Shown here: in pieces, positions 24,587 to 37,110 of the stretch
How positions within the stretch are numbered: the stretch's first letter is position 1
Layout: the number at the start of each line of letters is the position of its first letter
NCBI GenBank assembly: GCA_028534125.1
Contig: CM052816.1
Span: 2,730,001-2,794,000 of the forward strand
DNA length: 64,000 nucleotides
From: Lama glama
Taxonomy: Eukaryota
Direction of reading: 5' to 3'
Notes under the pieces: model-generated
The model's database searches: none
The model's input: the letters and a program-made list of their open reading frames with translations, nothing else
Told to the model about the DNA's origin: nothing
Made by a program: the position numbers and the translations under genes

Positions 24587-25018
24587 ATAGGAAAGAAGCA
24601 GAATGCTACAGAAAGGAGAAAATCATAATTGGAAAGGCAATAACTACAATGAATTACAACAGAAAAAAACGTGAAATAGTAAAAGAGGACATCTAAATCA
24701 TTAAGGGTGGGAGAGGGGAGCAAGAAAATACAGAGTTTTTTCTTTTTCTTTTTCTTTCTTTTTTTTTCTTTTTTTCTTTTTTTTTCTTTTTTGTTCTCAG
24801 TAGAATGGGTTTGAGCTTATATTACTATCAGTTTAAAACAAATAGATGTAGTAATTGGTTAATATACATAGAAAATACGGTAACCATAAGCCAAAAGCTT
24901 ACAATAGAGTCACAAAAACTGAAAAGACACCAAGATAATACAAAGCAAAATTATCAAACCACAAAAAGAAAAAGTAACAAAGAGGAAATACCAAATCAAA
25001 TGCAAAAATAAATTCAAA

Positions 25019-28000
25019 ATGGCAATAAACACACATCTATCAATAATTACCATAAATGTCAGTGGTAAGATGTAAGAGTGGCAGACTGGATAAGAAAACA
25101 AGAACTGCAATATGCTGTATACAGGAGACCCACATTAGGGAGAAGGACACACATAGATTGAGAGTGAGAGGATGGAAAAAGGTATTCCACACAAATGGAA
25201 ATAACAAGAAAGCAGAAATAGCAATACTGATTTCAGACAAAATAGACTTTAAAACAAAGCCCATAAGAAAGATAAAGAAGGACATTATATAATGATTAAA
25301 GGAGCAATAGAAGATGAAGATATTATATTACACTCATTAACATATATGCACCCAATATAGGAGCTCCTAAATACATAAAGCAAATACTAACAGATATAAA
25401 GGGAGAAATTGATGGGAACACAATCACAGTAGGAGACTTTAACACTGCATTAACATCACTGGACAGATCTTCCAGGTAGAAAATTAACAAGTCAACAGAG
25501 AAACTAAATGATACAATAGAACAACTAGATATTTTGACTGATATTTTCAGAACATTACATCACCCAAAAATAGAATACACATTCTTTTCAAGTGTACATG
25601 GAACATTTTCTAGGATAGATCATATACTCAGGCACAAAAGAAGCCTCAACAAATTTAAGAAGATAGAAATTATTTCAAGCATCTTTTCTGATCACAATGC
25701 CATGAAACTAGAAATCAAATATAGAAAAACAAAGGAGGAAAAAAAATGACAGCATGGAGATTAAACAGCTTGCTACTAAGGAACCAGTGGGTCAATGATG
25801 AAATCATAGAAGAAATTTAAAAATACTTTTAAGACAAATGGCAATGAAAACACAACCACACAAAATCTATCAGATGCAGCAAAAGCAGTGCTAAGAGGGA
25901 AGTTCATAGCAATGCAGGCCTTCCTCAAAAAAGAAGAACAATCTCAAATAAACAATTTAACCTACTCACTAAAAGAATTAGAAAAAGAAGAGAGCAAAAC
26001 CTTAGTCAGCAGAAGGAAGGAAACAATAAAGATCAGGGAGGAAATGAATAAAATAGAGATTAAAAAACAATAGAAAAAAATCAATCAAACCAAGAGCTGG
26101 TTTTTTGAAAGAATAAACAAAATTGACAGACCTCTGGCCAAGCTCACCAAGAAGAGAAAAGATAGAGCACAAATAAACAAAATAAGAAAGGCAAATGGAG
26201 AAATTACAATCAAAACCATAGAAATACAAAATATCATACAAGAATAGTATAAACGACTATATGGAAACAAAATAGATTACCGAGAAGAAATGGACAAGGT
26301 TCTGGAAACATACAGTCCACCAAGACTGGATCAAGAAGAGACTGACCACTTGAACAAGCCGATCACGAGAAATGAAATAGAATTAGCGATTAAAAAACCT
26401 CCCTAGAAACAAAAGTCCAGGACCAGATGGCTTCACTGAGGAATTCTACAAAACATACAAAGAAGAACTCATACTGGTCCTTCTCAAACAATTCCAGAAG
26501 ATTTGAAAGGAAGGAGTACTCCCAAACTCATTCTATGAAGCCACCATCACCCTGATACCAAAACCAGACAACGACACTAACAAAAAAGAAAATTACAAAC
26601 CAATATCACTGATGAACACAGATACAAAAATCCTCAATAAAATATTAGCAAACAGAATCCAACAGCACATAAAAAAGATCATACCCTGGGGATCAAGTTG
26701 GATTCATCCCAGGGAAACAAGGATGGTTCAACATATGCAAATTAATCAGTGTGATACACCATATCCTCAAAAGGACAGAAACCACATGATCATCTCAATA
26801 GATGCAGAAAAAGCATTTGATAAAATTCAACACCCATTTATGGTAAAAACTCTTACCAAAGTGGGTATAGAAGGAACATATCTCAACATAATTGAAGTTA
26901 TTTATGACAAACCTACAGTCAGCATAGTACTCAAGAGTGAAAAACTGAAAACCTTCCCACTAAAATCTGGGACAAGACAAGGTTGTCCACTCTCACCACT
27001 TCTATTCAACATAGTCTTGGAAATCCTAGCCACAGCAATCAGACAAGAAAAAGAAACAAGAGATTCAAATTGGAAAAGAGGTAAAAGTGTCACTATATGC
27101 AGATGACATGATACTATCTACAGAAAACCCTAAAAGGTCCACACAAAAACTACTAGAAATAATCAAAGAATTCAGCAAGCTAGCAGGTTACAAGAATAAT
27201 GTACGAAAATCAGTTGCATTTCTTTACACTAACGATGAATCAACAGGAAAAGAAAGTAAAGAAACAATCCCCTTTAAAATAGCACCCAAAGTAATAAAAT
27301 ATCAAGGAATAAATCTAACCAAGGAGGTGAAAGACTTATACATGGAGAGCTACAAAACATTGATTAAGGAAATTAAAGAATACGTAAAGAAATGGAAAGA
27401 TATCCCATGTTCCTGGATGGGAAGAATCAATATTGTTAAAATGGCCATACTGCCCAAGGCAATCCACAGATTTAATGCAATCCCTATCAAATTACCCAGG
27501 ACATTTTTCACAGAACTAGAACAAATCATATTAAAATTTGTATGGAATCACAAAAGACCCAGAATTGCCAAAGTATTACTGAAGAAAAAGAATGAGGCTG
27601 GAGGAATAACCCTCCCAGACTTCAGACAATACTACAGAGCTACAGTCATCAAAACAGCATGGTATTGGTACAAAAATAGACATATGGCTCAATGGAACAG
27701 AATAGAGAGCCCAGAAATGAACCCACAAACTTTTGGCCAATTAATCTTTGACAAAGGAGGCAAGAACATACAATGGAATAAAGACAGTCTCTTCAGCAAA
27801 TGGTGTTGGGAAAACTGGACGGCAGCATGTAAAGCAGTGAAGCTAGAACACTCCCTTACACCATACACAAAAATAAACTCAAAATGGATCAAAGACTTAA
27901 ACTTAAGACAAGACACAATAAATCTCCTAGAAGAAAACATAGGAAAAATATTATCTCACATACATCTCAGTAATGTTCCCCTAGAGCAGTCTACTCAAGC

Positions 28001-28771
28001 AACAGAAATAAAAGCAGGAATAAACAAATGGGACCTAATTAAACTTACAAGCTTTTGCACAGCAAAGGAAACCATAAGCAAAACAAAATGACAACTTAGG
28101 GAATGGGAGAAAATATTTGCAAAAGATGAGACTGACAAAGGATTGATTTCCAGAATATATAAACAGCTCACATGACTTAAGAAAAAAACAAACAACCTAA
28201 TCTAAAAATGGGCAGAAGAACGAAACAAGCAATTCTCCAATGAAGACACATGAATGACCAATAGGCACATGAAAAAATGCTCAATATCACTAATTATCAG
28301 AGAAATGTAAATCAAAACTACAATGAGGTATCACCTCACACCAGTCAGAATGGCCATCGTTCAAAAGTCCACAAATGATACATGCTGGAGAGGGTGTGGA
28401 GAAAAGAGAACCCTCCTACACTGTTGGTGGGAATGCAGTTTGGTGCAGGCATTGTGGAAAACAGTATGGAGATTCCTCAAAAGACTAACCTTAACCAGAG
28501 GGAACCTTAATTCAAAGAGATACCTGCACTCCAATGTTCATAGCAGCCCTAGTTTCCATAGTCAAGACATGGAAACAACCTAAATGTCTATCAACAGATG
28601 ACTGGATAAAGAAGTTGTGGTATATTTTATACAAGGGAATACTACTCAGCCATTAAAAATGATAAAATAATGCCATTTGCAGCAACATGGATGGCCCTAG
28701 AGAATGTCATTCTAAGTGAAGTAAACCAGAAAGAAAAATATCATATGATATCATTCATATGCAGAATCTAA
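25019..28771 (+). pseudogene. L1 ORF2 (endonuclease / reverse transcriptase), disrupted
   Basis: ATG at 25019; EN motifs ICCIQETH, SRIDH and SDHN; RT motifs [21 protein letters not shown] and YADD; longest open piece 27087-28091; many stops and frameshifts. Confidence 0.95.
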
Positions 28772-29869
28772 AAAAAAAAAAAGAAAAAGACAAATGGACT
28801 TACATATAAAACAGAAACTGGCTCACAGGCATAGAATACAGACTTGTGGTTGCCAGGGGGGAGTGGGTTGGGAAGGGATAAACCAGGAGTTTGAGGTTTT
28901 CAGATACTGACTGGTATATATAAAACAGATAAACAAGTTTATACTGTATAGCACAGGGAAATATATTCAATATCTTGTAGTAGTTTATGGTGTTAAAGAA
29001 TATGAAAATGAATATATGTATATTCATGTATGACTGAAGCACTGTGCTGTACACCAGAAATGGACACACCATTATAACTGACTACCTCAATAAAAAAAAA
29101 GAAAGAGAAAAGAGAAGAAAAAAAATTAGAAGACTGAAAAATCCCAAGGCCAGTATACCTTATTATGACATCACACTGAACTTTAGCTAGGATCTTAAGA
29201 CAGCATTAAATAGGTAAACTAAAGGACCCTCCTTATTTTGCTGAATAGTAGATGAAATCACTAATATCAGCTTAGCACAGGGATTGAACTGTCTGTGAAA
29301 CAGCAGCAGTCTGAAAACTTTTTTGAATGCACATTCCATTAGTTAAAAAAGAAAAACTGTGTCATCCAGTCTAGTAAACAGATACCTACTTATATATGCA
29401 TGTATTAATTTTCAAATTGCATACATATATCACAACACGAATGTATTAAGTACACATTAAAACAAATCAAAAATAGAAACATTTTAAATGAGAAATCTAC
29501 ATAAATACAAATTTTAACATTTCCTACCCAAACCCCAAAGGGTTATTGTGCCCAGTCTCTGGGGCACACACAGCCACTCTCTGTAACAGAGAGCAAGCAT
29601 GATGTGTTTTCTTTATTTTGCCTCTGTCTGTCTCCTCCCTGGGCTCAGCTTCAGGGCTAGCCCTAGGAAAAGCATCCACGAACAGGATCACTCCCTCTCC
29701 CCACCCTCCCTTAACTTCCTCTGCTCCCCATCTCCACCCTTCACCCATAATCCACACCCCTCTTTCCCAGGCTCCCAGGCACCCAGACATCTTCATGCGT
29801 TTCACACTCACTGCCCAAAGTCCCCTCTTTGAGTTCTTGTCCAGGTCTGGCATCTCCTGCTATGGCCAA

Positions 29870-30440
29870 CACCCATGCATTTAGGCATGGTTTACAACAA
29901 ACGCTTACTGAGCCCTTGTTAGAGGCGAGCACTGTAGGAACCTAGAGAATCCAAAGCATACCCAGACTAGAAGGGAATGAATGCACACACGTAACCTGAC
30001 ATGATATTAAGTTGAACGTGCCAAGTTCACGAAGAGAGACGCAGGAAAGATGACTTCCAGTGGAAAGATCTGGGGAATGTGCATGAATAAGGAGGCTATG
30101 AGCATGGGTGGGGGGGGTACTCAGAGGAGGCAGGAAGTATACTTCAGGGTCAGGGGCCAGTGGGCGGAAAGGCAAAGAGGCAGGGGAAGTTCTGAAGTCG
30201 AACAGAAGATGTGGGCAATGTAATAATCCACCAGGCAGAGCGAGTTGGTCCCATGTGGTATGGCAGAGACAACAACATTCAGACAAAGAAGAAAAGACCA
30301 GAGAGGCTGGAGTAAGCAACGCAGGGAGTGCAGAGCTTGATGGGGATGAGCCAAAAGGCTCACAGGCCGAGTTAATTCAGTGCAGGCAAAGTATGCAGAG
30401 CAGCTGAAATCAGATTTACCTTGAGGAAAGACTGCTGCAC
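29870..30440 (-). mobile_element. L2 LINE fragment
   Basis: 'caacaaacgcttactgagcccttgttagaggcgagcactg' followed by a purine-rich L2-like body ending 'aaatcagatttaccttgaggaaagactgct'. Confidence 0.5.
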
Positions 30441-32184
30441 TGCGCAGAGTGGGCTGAAGGTGGGTAAAGAAGGGTGTATCACCTGGACACCTTCCTCCAG
30501 GAATGAGCACATCACCCAAGGTGTCCCCTGGGACATCGTAGCAGGGTCAAAGACCTCTGCTCTGAAGAACACTCCTAGCCTATATCCTCGGCTGCCCTGG
30601 AGCCAGCCCGCCATGAGGACTAACCACAGAGCACAAACTGCAAAAAGACAGCAGGACAGCTCCTGCTCCAGCCTCTGCACACTTTGTGGAACGGCCCATC
30701 TCTTTAGAGCCTGGTGACTTTGGGAAAAGACTTCTAGTGGCTGGGCCATTGACAGTCTAGGGTGGGCCGCCTCCTGGCAGGACGGATTCTTCTCCTGGTC
30801 AGTCAGAAGCTGGAGAATCAGATTTCCCATTCAGTTCCCAGGGTGCTCCGGCCTGAGGTGACACACTGCTTCTTTAAACATATTATGAAGATTATCAGCA
30901 ATGTATCAAGGTGCCTTTGCAGAACGGTATAAACTTCGGCTGCACTACTTATTGCCATAAACCACACTTCCAGGTTTTTATTTATATGCGCATTAGTTCA
31001 ATATGATTGGATCTGTAGGCAGCACAGGGGATTGAGGTAATTTATATATATATCAATAAAGGTCTCCAGCCAGCCACTGGGTGCTCTAAGGGGAACAGTA
31101 GTTCCATTTAAAACATTAGGAACTGGAGAAATTGAAAATAACTCTCTATTTAGAGGCCAAGGATTAAGGCATTTTGCAGGGAAGGTCTCAGCCCAGCCAG
31201 GCTATGCTAAAAAGGCTGTTAAAATGTCATTTGGCCGATAGTTAAGCCACACAATTTACTTTAACCCTTTCATTTCAATTGGATTTTTTTCTGGGAAGCG
31301 TTGACCCTAACAGGGGGACAACACAGCGTGGTGGGAAAGGTGGCTGAGGGCGTGGGTTTTTGCCTCCTGCTGACATTTCCACTTTCTATGGGGAGCATCA
31401 TCTCAGCAAGCTTTGCCACACCTATTGGGTGAGTTTTCTGAGACTTCCGGTCAAGGTTCTGTGGTCCCCAGCCAGAAAGGCCCCCTGGTCCAAGCTGAGC
31501 CAATCAGTCACGCTTTCCCCAGATTTCAACTACCGATGAAGTGCCACAAGGAGGAGAGACGGTGGAAGCTGGCTTTTCCAGGTAGTGGTGCCCTGAAGAG
31601 GCAGTCAGTTCCTGCCATCTACTCAGTGGAGCTGCCCTCACTCCTGGATTTTGTGCTTTCTCTTCCATTTTATGAACCACAGAATAGCCTTCCGATGAGT
31701 TTCCAGTCCCGTCCAGCCCTCCAATGAGTTCCATTTAGCCCAGGCCCCATGGCTGCAATACAACACAGGAGAAGGAAAGAGTCACACTGCAACATCACCC
31801 CAAGGCAGACCTCCATGCCTCCCCACAGAGCAAGCCCATCTTCCCCAGCGACCCACGCCCACTGAACACGCAAACAAACAGGCAAGCCCTGAATGAGGTT
31901 GGGCCCCAGGCCCCAGCACGTTTCACCCTTCCCCCACAGCCCTTCAAATTTCCTAACTGCAGCTTTCTACCCTCTCCACTCCCCACCAGGCCAGCTCCCA
32001 GCCTCCAAGCCACCAGAGTTTCTGTTGCTTGCAACTAAGGAGCCTGCCTAAGTGAGCCACTGGGGGCCAGGAGACCAGGGCTTGGGCCCATCACTAGCTT
32101 TGTGACTGTGGATGAGCAACCTCCCTATTCTGCGTGTCAGTTTCCCCATCTGTAAAATGAAAGCACCGGAAGAGGCCAATGGGT

Positions 32185-32305
32185 CTCAAAATGCAAGAAG
32201 TGTCAGTATCAACTGGGGATCTTGCTGAAAATGTTGATTCTGATTCCATCATTTTGGGGCGGGGCAGTGACTCTGTGTCTATCAAGCTTTAAGAGCACAT
32301 TTTCA
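32185..32305. mobile_element. MER5-like hAT MITE fragment
   Basis: 'tcagtatcaactggggatcttgctgaaaatgttgattctgattccatcattttggggcggggc'. Confidence 0.5.
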
Positions 32306-33289
32306 AATTATGCTCTCTAGGGCCCCTGGTTCTGGAAGGACCCGCAGAGACAGGCCCTGGGTGAGAGAAAAGTTGATGAAGGTGGCCCTCTTGTTTCAAC
32401 TAGGGCAGCTCTCCTTTTATGTTTTATATATGAGCTTCTACATGGAATTTCCTCTGTCAAAAAGGAGTCTACCACTGACAGAAAAAAAAAATTAAAAATC
32501 ACTGGATTGATGTCACCAGATGATCTCCAAGGAACCTTAGTGTTCTGACTCCACAGGGCACCCCCTGCATGGATTCCAGAGGGAAGCAGGTATCAGACCC
32601 TCTGGGGAACTGACCACTGCGTTTATTCTACTTGACCTTCACCTTAGAGAAACAAAAACCAAGAGCTCCATCCTGAAATCATCTTCCTAACAAACCCACG
32701 CGCAGGAGTTTATTACCCCACTGGCAACGACGCCCCAGGCAAGGCCCCGCATGGCTCGCCCGGTGCGATGCAATTAGATAAGAGCAGGGCCGGTTGACCT
32801 CTCAGTCACCGAAGGGCTCCTCCTACGGTGCCTCTTCCTGCCGCGGTTTTTGGAACACCATAAACCAGAGCCAGAGGAGATCCATAAACAGCCCAGTTCT
32901 TATTTTTTACTTTAGAGTCCCTATGTGGCTTCATTTGTTTTCAAAAGAGCATGTGACATGTTCGTTGGCACCTTCCCTGCCATAAAATATCTGTTGACGT
33001 TAGTGGTTTGGGGCTGGACTGGATTAGCTGCTGTTTCATTCCGTTCACCTATTGCATGTAACACCAGGAGAAACCCCGCTCCACCCTGAGCCTCCTGTCA
33101 CATCTTCTGCCCTCTACCCAGAGCAACCCTTATGCGCCCTCTCCCGAAAGGGAGGCTGAGAAAAGGGCTACGCTATCTTTTATCAGCTACGTGAACTTAG
33201 ACAAGGCATGTAACCTCTGTCTCCACTTCTCGGCCCACTCGAGGTGGTTGAACGGATAATTACAAGGAAGAGTTGGTTAACGACAGCGG

Positions 33290-33530
33290 CTAAAATTTTT
33301 CCACTGCTTGCAACGAGCCGGAGCCTGAGCTATGTTGCTGCTCTATCTGAACTGTCTCAGTCAGTCCCCTCGTAAGTCTACAGGGTAGGTTTGACTATCA
33401 TTGCCCCCATTTTACTGATGGAAAAGTGGAGGCATGAAAATGTTAAGTAAGTTTCCCTCGCTTACAGAGCCAGTAAGTGGGGGAGTCGGCTTCAGTCTCA
33501 GGATGTCTGACCCCACGACTGTTGTGTTTG
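33290..33530 (-). mobile_element. MIR SINE
   Basis: 'ccccattttactgatggaaaagtggaggcatgaaaatgttaagtaagtttccc'. Confidence 0.7.
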
Positions 33531-33664
33531 ATGCAATGCTGTGTTCGTGGTGCTTCTCCACACGCGGCTGAAAAGTTTGGTGTGTCAGTGAGAGAGAGGG
33601 CTCCTAGAGTGTTGGAGGAATCACATGTGGAGGGCAATTTAGGAGAATATACTGCGAATCAAAA

Positions 33665-33850
33665 CACAGTACAATGGAAGGAACGTCAACCTAGGTTAGT
33701 CCTCACTAACAGCATCTTATGCCACTTGTTCTCCCAGAGGCTCAATCTTCTCACCAGCAAAATGAGGGAATTCATTCCCACCTTGGAGAGATAGTGTAAA
33801 TATAGCGCCACGTGCATCACCACCTATCAGGTACTCAATAAACGGAAGTG
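33665..33850 (+). mobile_element. MIR SINE (degraded)
   Basis: 'ggctcaatcttctcaccagcaaaatgaggg...aggtactcaataaa'. Confidence 0.5.
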
Positions 33851-34149
33851 ATGACATGTGTGTGGCGGCATGCCGGAAGGCTAGTTGAAAGTAAGGTATT
33901 ATTCATATCAAGTGTTATTATATATTAGAGTAAAACAGAATTGCTTCCAAGATGATAAAGGCAACTCAGAGTTCTCTTCCATAAGTTGAGTTCACAGAGA
34001 GCATGAGTCAAAAGTCCATACAACTCAGACAAACAAGCACCAAGCTTGTCTCCATCTCCCAACCCCCCAAATTACCTGAATCAAAAGCCTGGAAATTTCT
34101 ACATCAGGAAACCCCTATTATATGTGATGGCATTATATATAAAGGCCAA

Positions 34150-34590
34150 TTTAAGTTTTAACCCATGGGAAGCTAATTTCTTTTATACTCATCATCCAGG
34201 TAGAATTTCTCTTAATATGTTTATGTATATATTTTAGATAGATTTCTAAACATACACATGTACGTTCAGAAATAAATATTTATTTTAATGAGATCATATT
34301 ACACATGCTAAAACTGAAATCCACTTTTTTCTTAAAAACATGCCATAAACATCATTCTATGCCAACGAACGCAGATACACATCATAATTTCGATGCCTCC
34401 ATAATACTCTGCTTACATATACTGTGATTGACCAACTGGCAATGTAAATGGCTTCCAATGTTTGCTATTATAAACAGCACTGGAACAAATATCCCTGTAC
34501 TTACAACTTTGTGTGCTTATCCTTTAAGATCTTAGGATAAATTCCTGGATATTTTGCAAGGTCAAAGATACATGCATTTAAAACTTTGCT
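34150..34590 (-). mobile_element. Old L1 (L1ME-like) 3' fragment
   Basis: 'ttccaatgtttgctattataaacagcactggaacaaatatccctgtac...ttaggataaattcctgga...ggtcaaag'. Confidence 0.65.
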
Positions 34591-34591
34591 A

Positions 34592-34722
34592 TCAGAGCTT
34601 CCGGGTTGGGAAATGTATCCAGATGCCTGAGGGGCACACCTCGTCTAGGGACCTTTCTGGACCTCACCCTATGTAACTCCTCATCTGACTTCATCTGTAT
34701 TCTTTATAATAAGCCGGTAAAC
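34592..34722 (+). mobile_element. Short MER21-like LTR fragment
   Basis: 'gagcttccgggttgg...gggacctttctggacctcaccctatgtaactcctcatctgacttcatctgtattctttataataa'. Confidence 0.55.
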
Positions 34723-35427
34723 CCAGGGCTGAGAAAAATAATGTGAATAAGATCTGCCACTGGTCAAGTGCAGCACTAGCATTAAACACGAGTCTGTTGG
34801 ACACCACAGCACATGTCCTTTCTGCTCTTGCTCAGCTTCCTCATGACTCTCTGGTCCAAGATTCATGTCCTGGTTCTTGGCATGTTGAGTACACAATTGC
34901 AGAATGAGAAGACTGTGGCCAGTAGGGACCAGTTAAATACTGAGTGATTATTAACTGACACTATTTCAGCAACATTATTAGCAGTAATGAAGCCAGGTGA
35001 CTAAATGTACCTCCAAGAAGCTAGGTACTCGTTTGAACAGAGGAACATGGCTGTGGGATGCTGGGAATTTGAAAAAGCTTTGGAGGGTGGATATCAGACC
35101 TATGGAGGAGGGATGAAAACCTTAGACTTTCTCAGCATGAAGAAAATAGTCCCAAGCAGTAATTCCAATAATGACTCTAAAATATGTAATATTCTATCAG
35201 GCTGCAAATCCATGATATGCACATGGCTTGATATGTCACTTTATATGTAATTCTCAACATTTACCCTTGAGAGGGTTTAAAGTATATTCACACCTAAAAA
35301 TTTTCTTTTAATGTTAAAAACAAAAACCTTGCTATGTATTTCCAAACTGTCTTTCTCCAGAAAGATAGTGCCTTAGGAATCTTCGATTCCCACTTACAGG
35401 TAAGAGATTGGAGAGACTTATTGTAAC

Positions 35428-35512
35428 TAGCTGGTTGAACCATATGAAATTGTCATAGTTGTAGGTCACAAGTGTCTGAATATCGGTAAATTCATGGAGT
35501 TTCGGTCTAATA
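35428..35512. mobile_element. MADE2-like mariner MITE (~85 bp, palindromic)
   Basis: 'ggttgaaccatatgaaattgtc...gtaggtcac...gaatatcggtaaattcatggagtttcggtctaata' shows long imperfect inverted repeats with TA ends. Confidence 0.75.
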
Positions 35513-36329
35513 ATTCACCCCTAACGTGAACCAGGTTTTGCCTTTCCATTTAAAACACTGTGTTGGCCATTCGGAAAAGGGCAATTCACAGACTTACACT
35601 GTGCACCGTTTCAGGTAGGATGGGAGGACGAACTAAACGGCAGCTGTTTTCACTGCCCCTCTGAAAACGAGCAGCTATGTGAAGAACTACTTTCCAATCT
35701 GGAAACAATCTGTTCTTGAATAAGGCAAGGCATTGATTCTGAGCCATCTGATGGCAAAGAGTGAATTGTCCCCCTGCTACCCCCCCCCTTTTTTTTGTCA
35801 GAATATAGATCCGATAAAACTGAAACGATATTGGTGTGCATTGTCACGAGTCCTTGAGACCATCCCTCTAAACACAGACAAAAATCTAAAGGAATGCCAC
35901 AGCCAGAGAGCCTCAGAGCGACCCAGCCACTCCTGGATTGTGCTCCGGGGAACGAGTCCCGCAAATGTTCTGAGAAGGGCAAGTTTCATGGCCCCATGTG
36001 GTGGGAGAATAGGACATCCTATTTAGTTTAAAGTTTTTAATTTCTTAAAATGAAATTCAACTAAAATTTTAATTCCCCTGGCAAGCCACAGCGCACTAGA
36101 CCTTCAAGGCTCTGAGGAGTCCTGCAGTCAAGAAAGCTGCTCTTTGCATTGAACTCTGCATTTCTTACATTTGTTTGACCACAAATTTCTTTGATCGCGT
36201 AGCATTTATTACCATCCAGTGGAACAGACCTTCAAAATATCCAAAACTCTCATTTTATCAGAGGAAAAACCTAGATCATAAAGGTAATACAGTCAACCGC
36301 AAAACTAAGATTAGAACTATTATCTCAAG

Positions 36330-37110
36330 CCATTCAGCGGGTATTTGAGTGTCTGCTCTGTGCCAAAATCTGTGCCAGGCACTGGCAGATAGTGAACAAG
36401 ATCCAATTCTTGACCTTAAAGAGGTTATGATCTAGTGGGAGGAAAAAAGAAATCAACAGGCAATTTCAACTTAATGTAACTTGTAATAACCTAGGACATG
36501 CGGCCATTGAATACTTAAAATGTGGCTCCTGACACTGAGGAGATGAATTTTTTATTTCATTTTAACAAACTTAAACTTAAAAGCTAAAGCAGTGTAAAAT
36601 ATTCTTGTTAGATGCAGCTTTGTTGTTTTGACAGAACTATATGTCATTTTAACTGCTGAAAAGTCAGCATTTTAATTGAGTTAAGCTGTAAGTGTAAAAT
36701 ACACACAAGATTTTAAACACGGTTCCAAAAAAAGTAAACTGTCTCATTAATAATTTTTGTATTGATTACATATCGAAATATTAATATTACAGATATATTG
36801 GGCTAAAGAAATCATTAAAGTTAATTTCACCTGTCCCTTATTTAATTTCTTAATATGGCTGGTAGAACATTTTAAATTACATATGCAGCTCATTATATTC
36901 CTTTTGGACAGAACTGATCTAAAAGGTTTAGAGTGCTCAGGAAGCAAGGACTCCTAATCAAGATCTGCAGAAAGCTTCCTGACAGATGACTTTTAAGGTG
37001 AGACCTGAAGGAAGAGAAGGAACGAGCCAAGAAAAAAGAGGAAGGAAGAATGTTGCTGACAGAGGAAGTAGCTGTGCAAAGGTCCAGAGGCCACCTGGAT
37101 CTAGATCAAT
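36330..37110 (-). mobile_element. L2 LINE fragment split by a hAT element
   Basis: 'cattcagcgggtatttgagtgtctgctctgtgcc...gtgccaggcactgg' before the insert and 'gaaagcttcctgacagatgacttttaaggtgagacctgaagga' after it. Confidence 0.65.
36490..36916. mobile_element. Charlie1/MER33-like hAT DNA transposon remnant
   Basis: 'acatgcggccattgaatacttaaaatgtggct...gctgtaagtgtaaaatacacac...ttttggacagaactg' (terminal inverted repeat end), followed by atctaaaa, resembling the NTCTAGAN target. Confidence 0.75.

Larger units (their letters stand above)
21967..29121 (+). mobile_element. Full-length (~7.15 kb) lineage-specific LINE-1, retrotransposition-defective
   Basis: TSD aaaattagaa (21957-21966 / 29122-29131); 5' start 'gggccaagatggcagag'; GC/CpG-rich ~1.7-kb 5'UTR; ORF1, spacer, ORF2 (EN, RT, Cys-rich), 3'UTR, AATAAA at 29089-29094, A-rich tail. 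Confidence 0.97.

Noticed and set aside
27096..27107. YADD instead of FADD in the RT active-site motif
   Set aside because: Y/F-X-D-D variation is normal among reverse transcriptases and is probably a family consensus trait, so it is not evidence of novelty.
27087..28091. 334-aa RT ORF as an active or domesticated reverse transcriptase
   Set aside because: It is just the longest surviving frame of a multiply disrupted L1 ORF2, and the upstream RT motifs are in a different frame.
29942..30830. Overlapping 125-152 aa ORFs on the - strand
   Set aside because: They largely overlie degraded L2 sequence, show no recognisable domain, and fit chance ORFs.
33160..33850. Oppositely oriented neighbouring MIRs as a dsRNA hairpin
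   Set aside because: The copies look too diverged from each other to pair stably.
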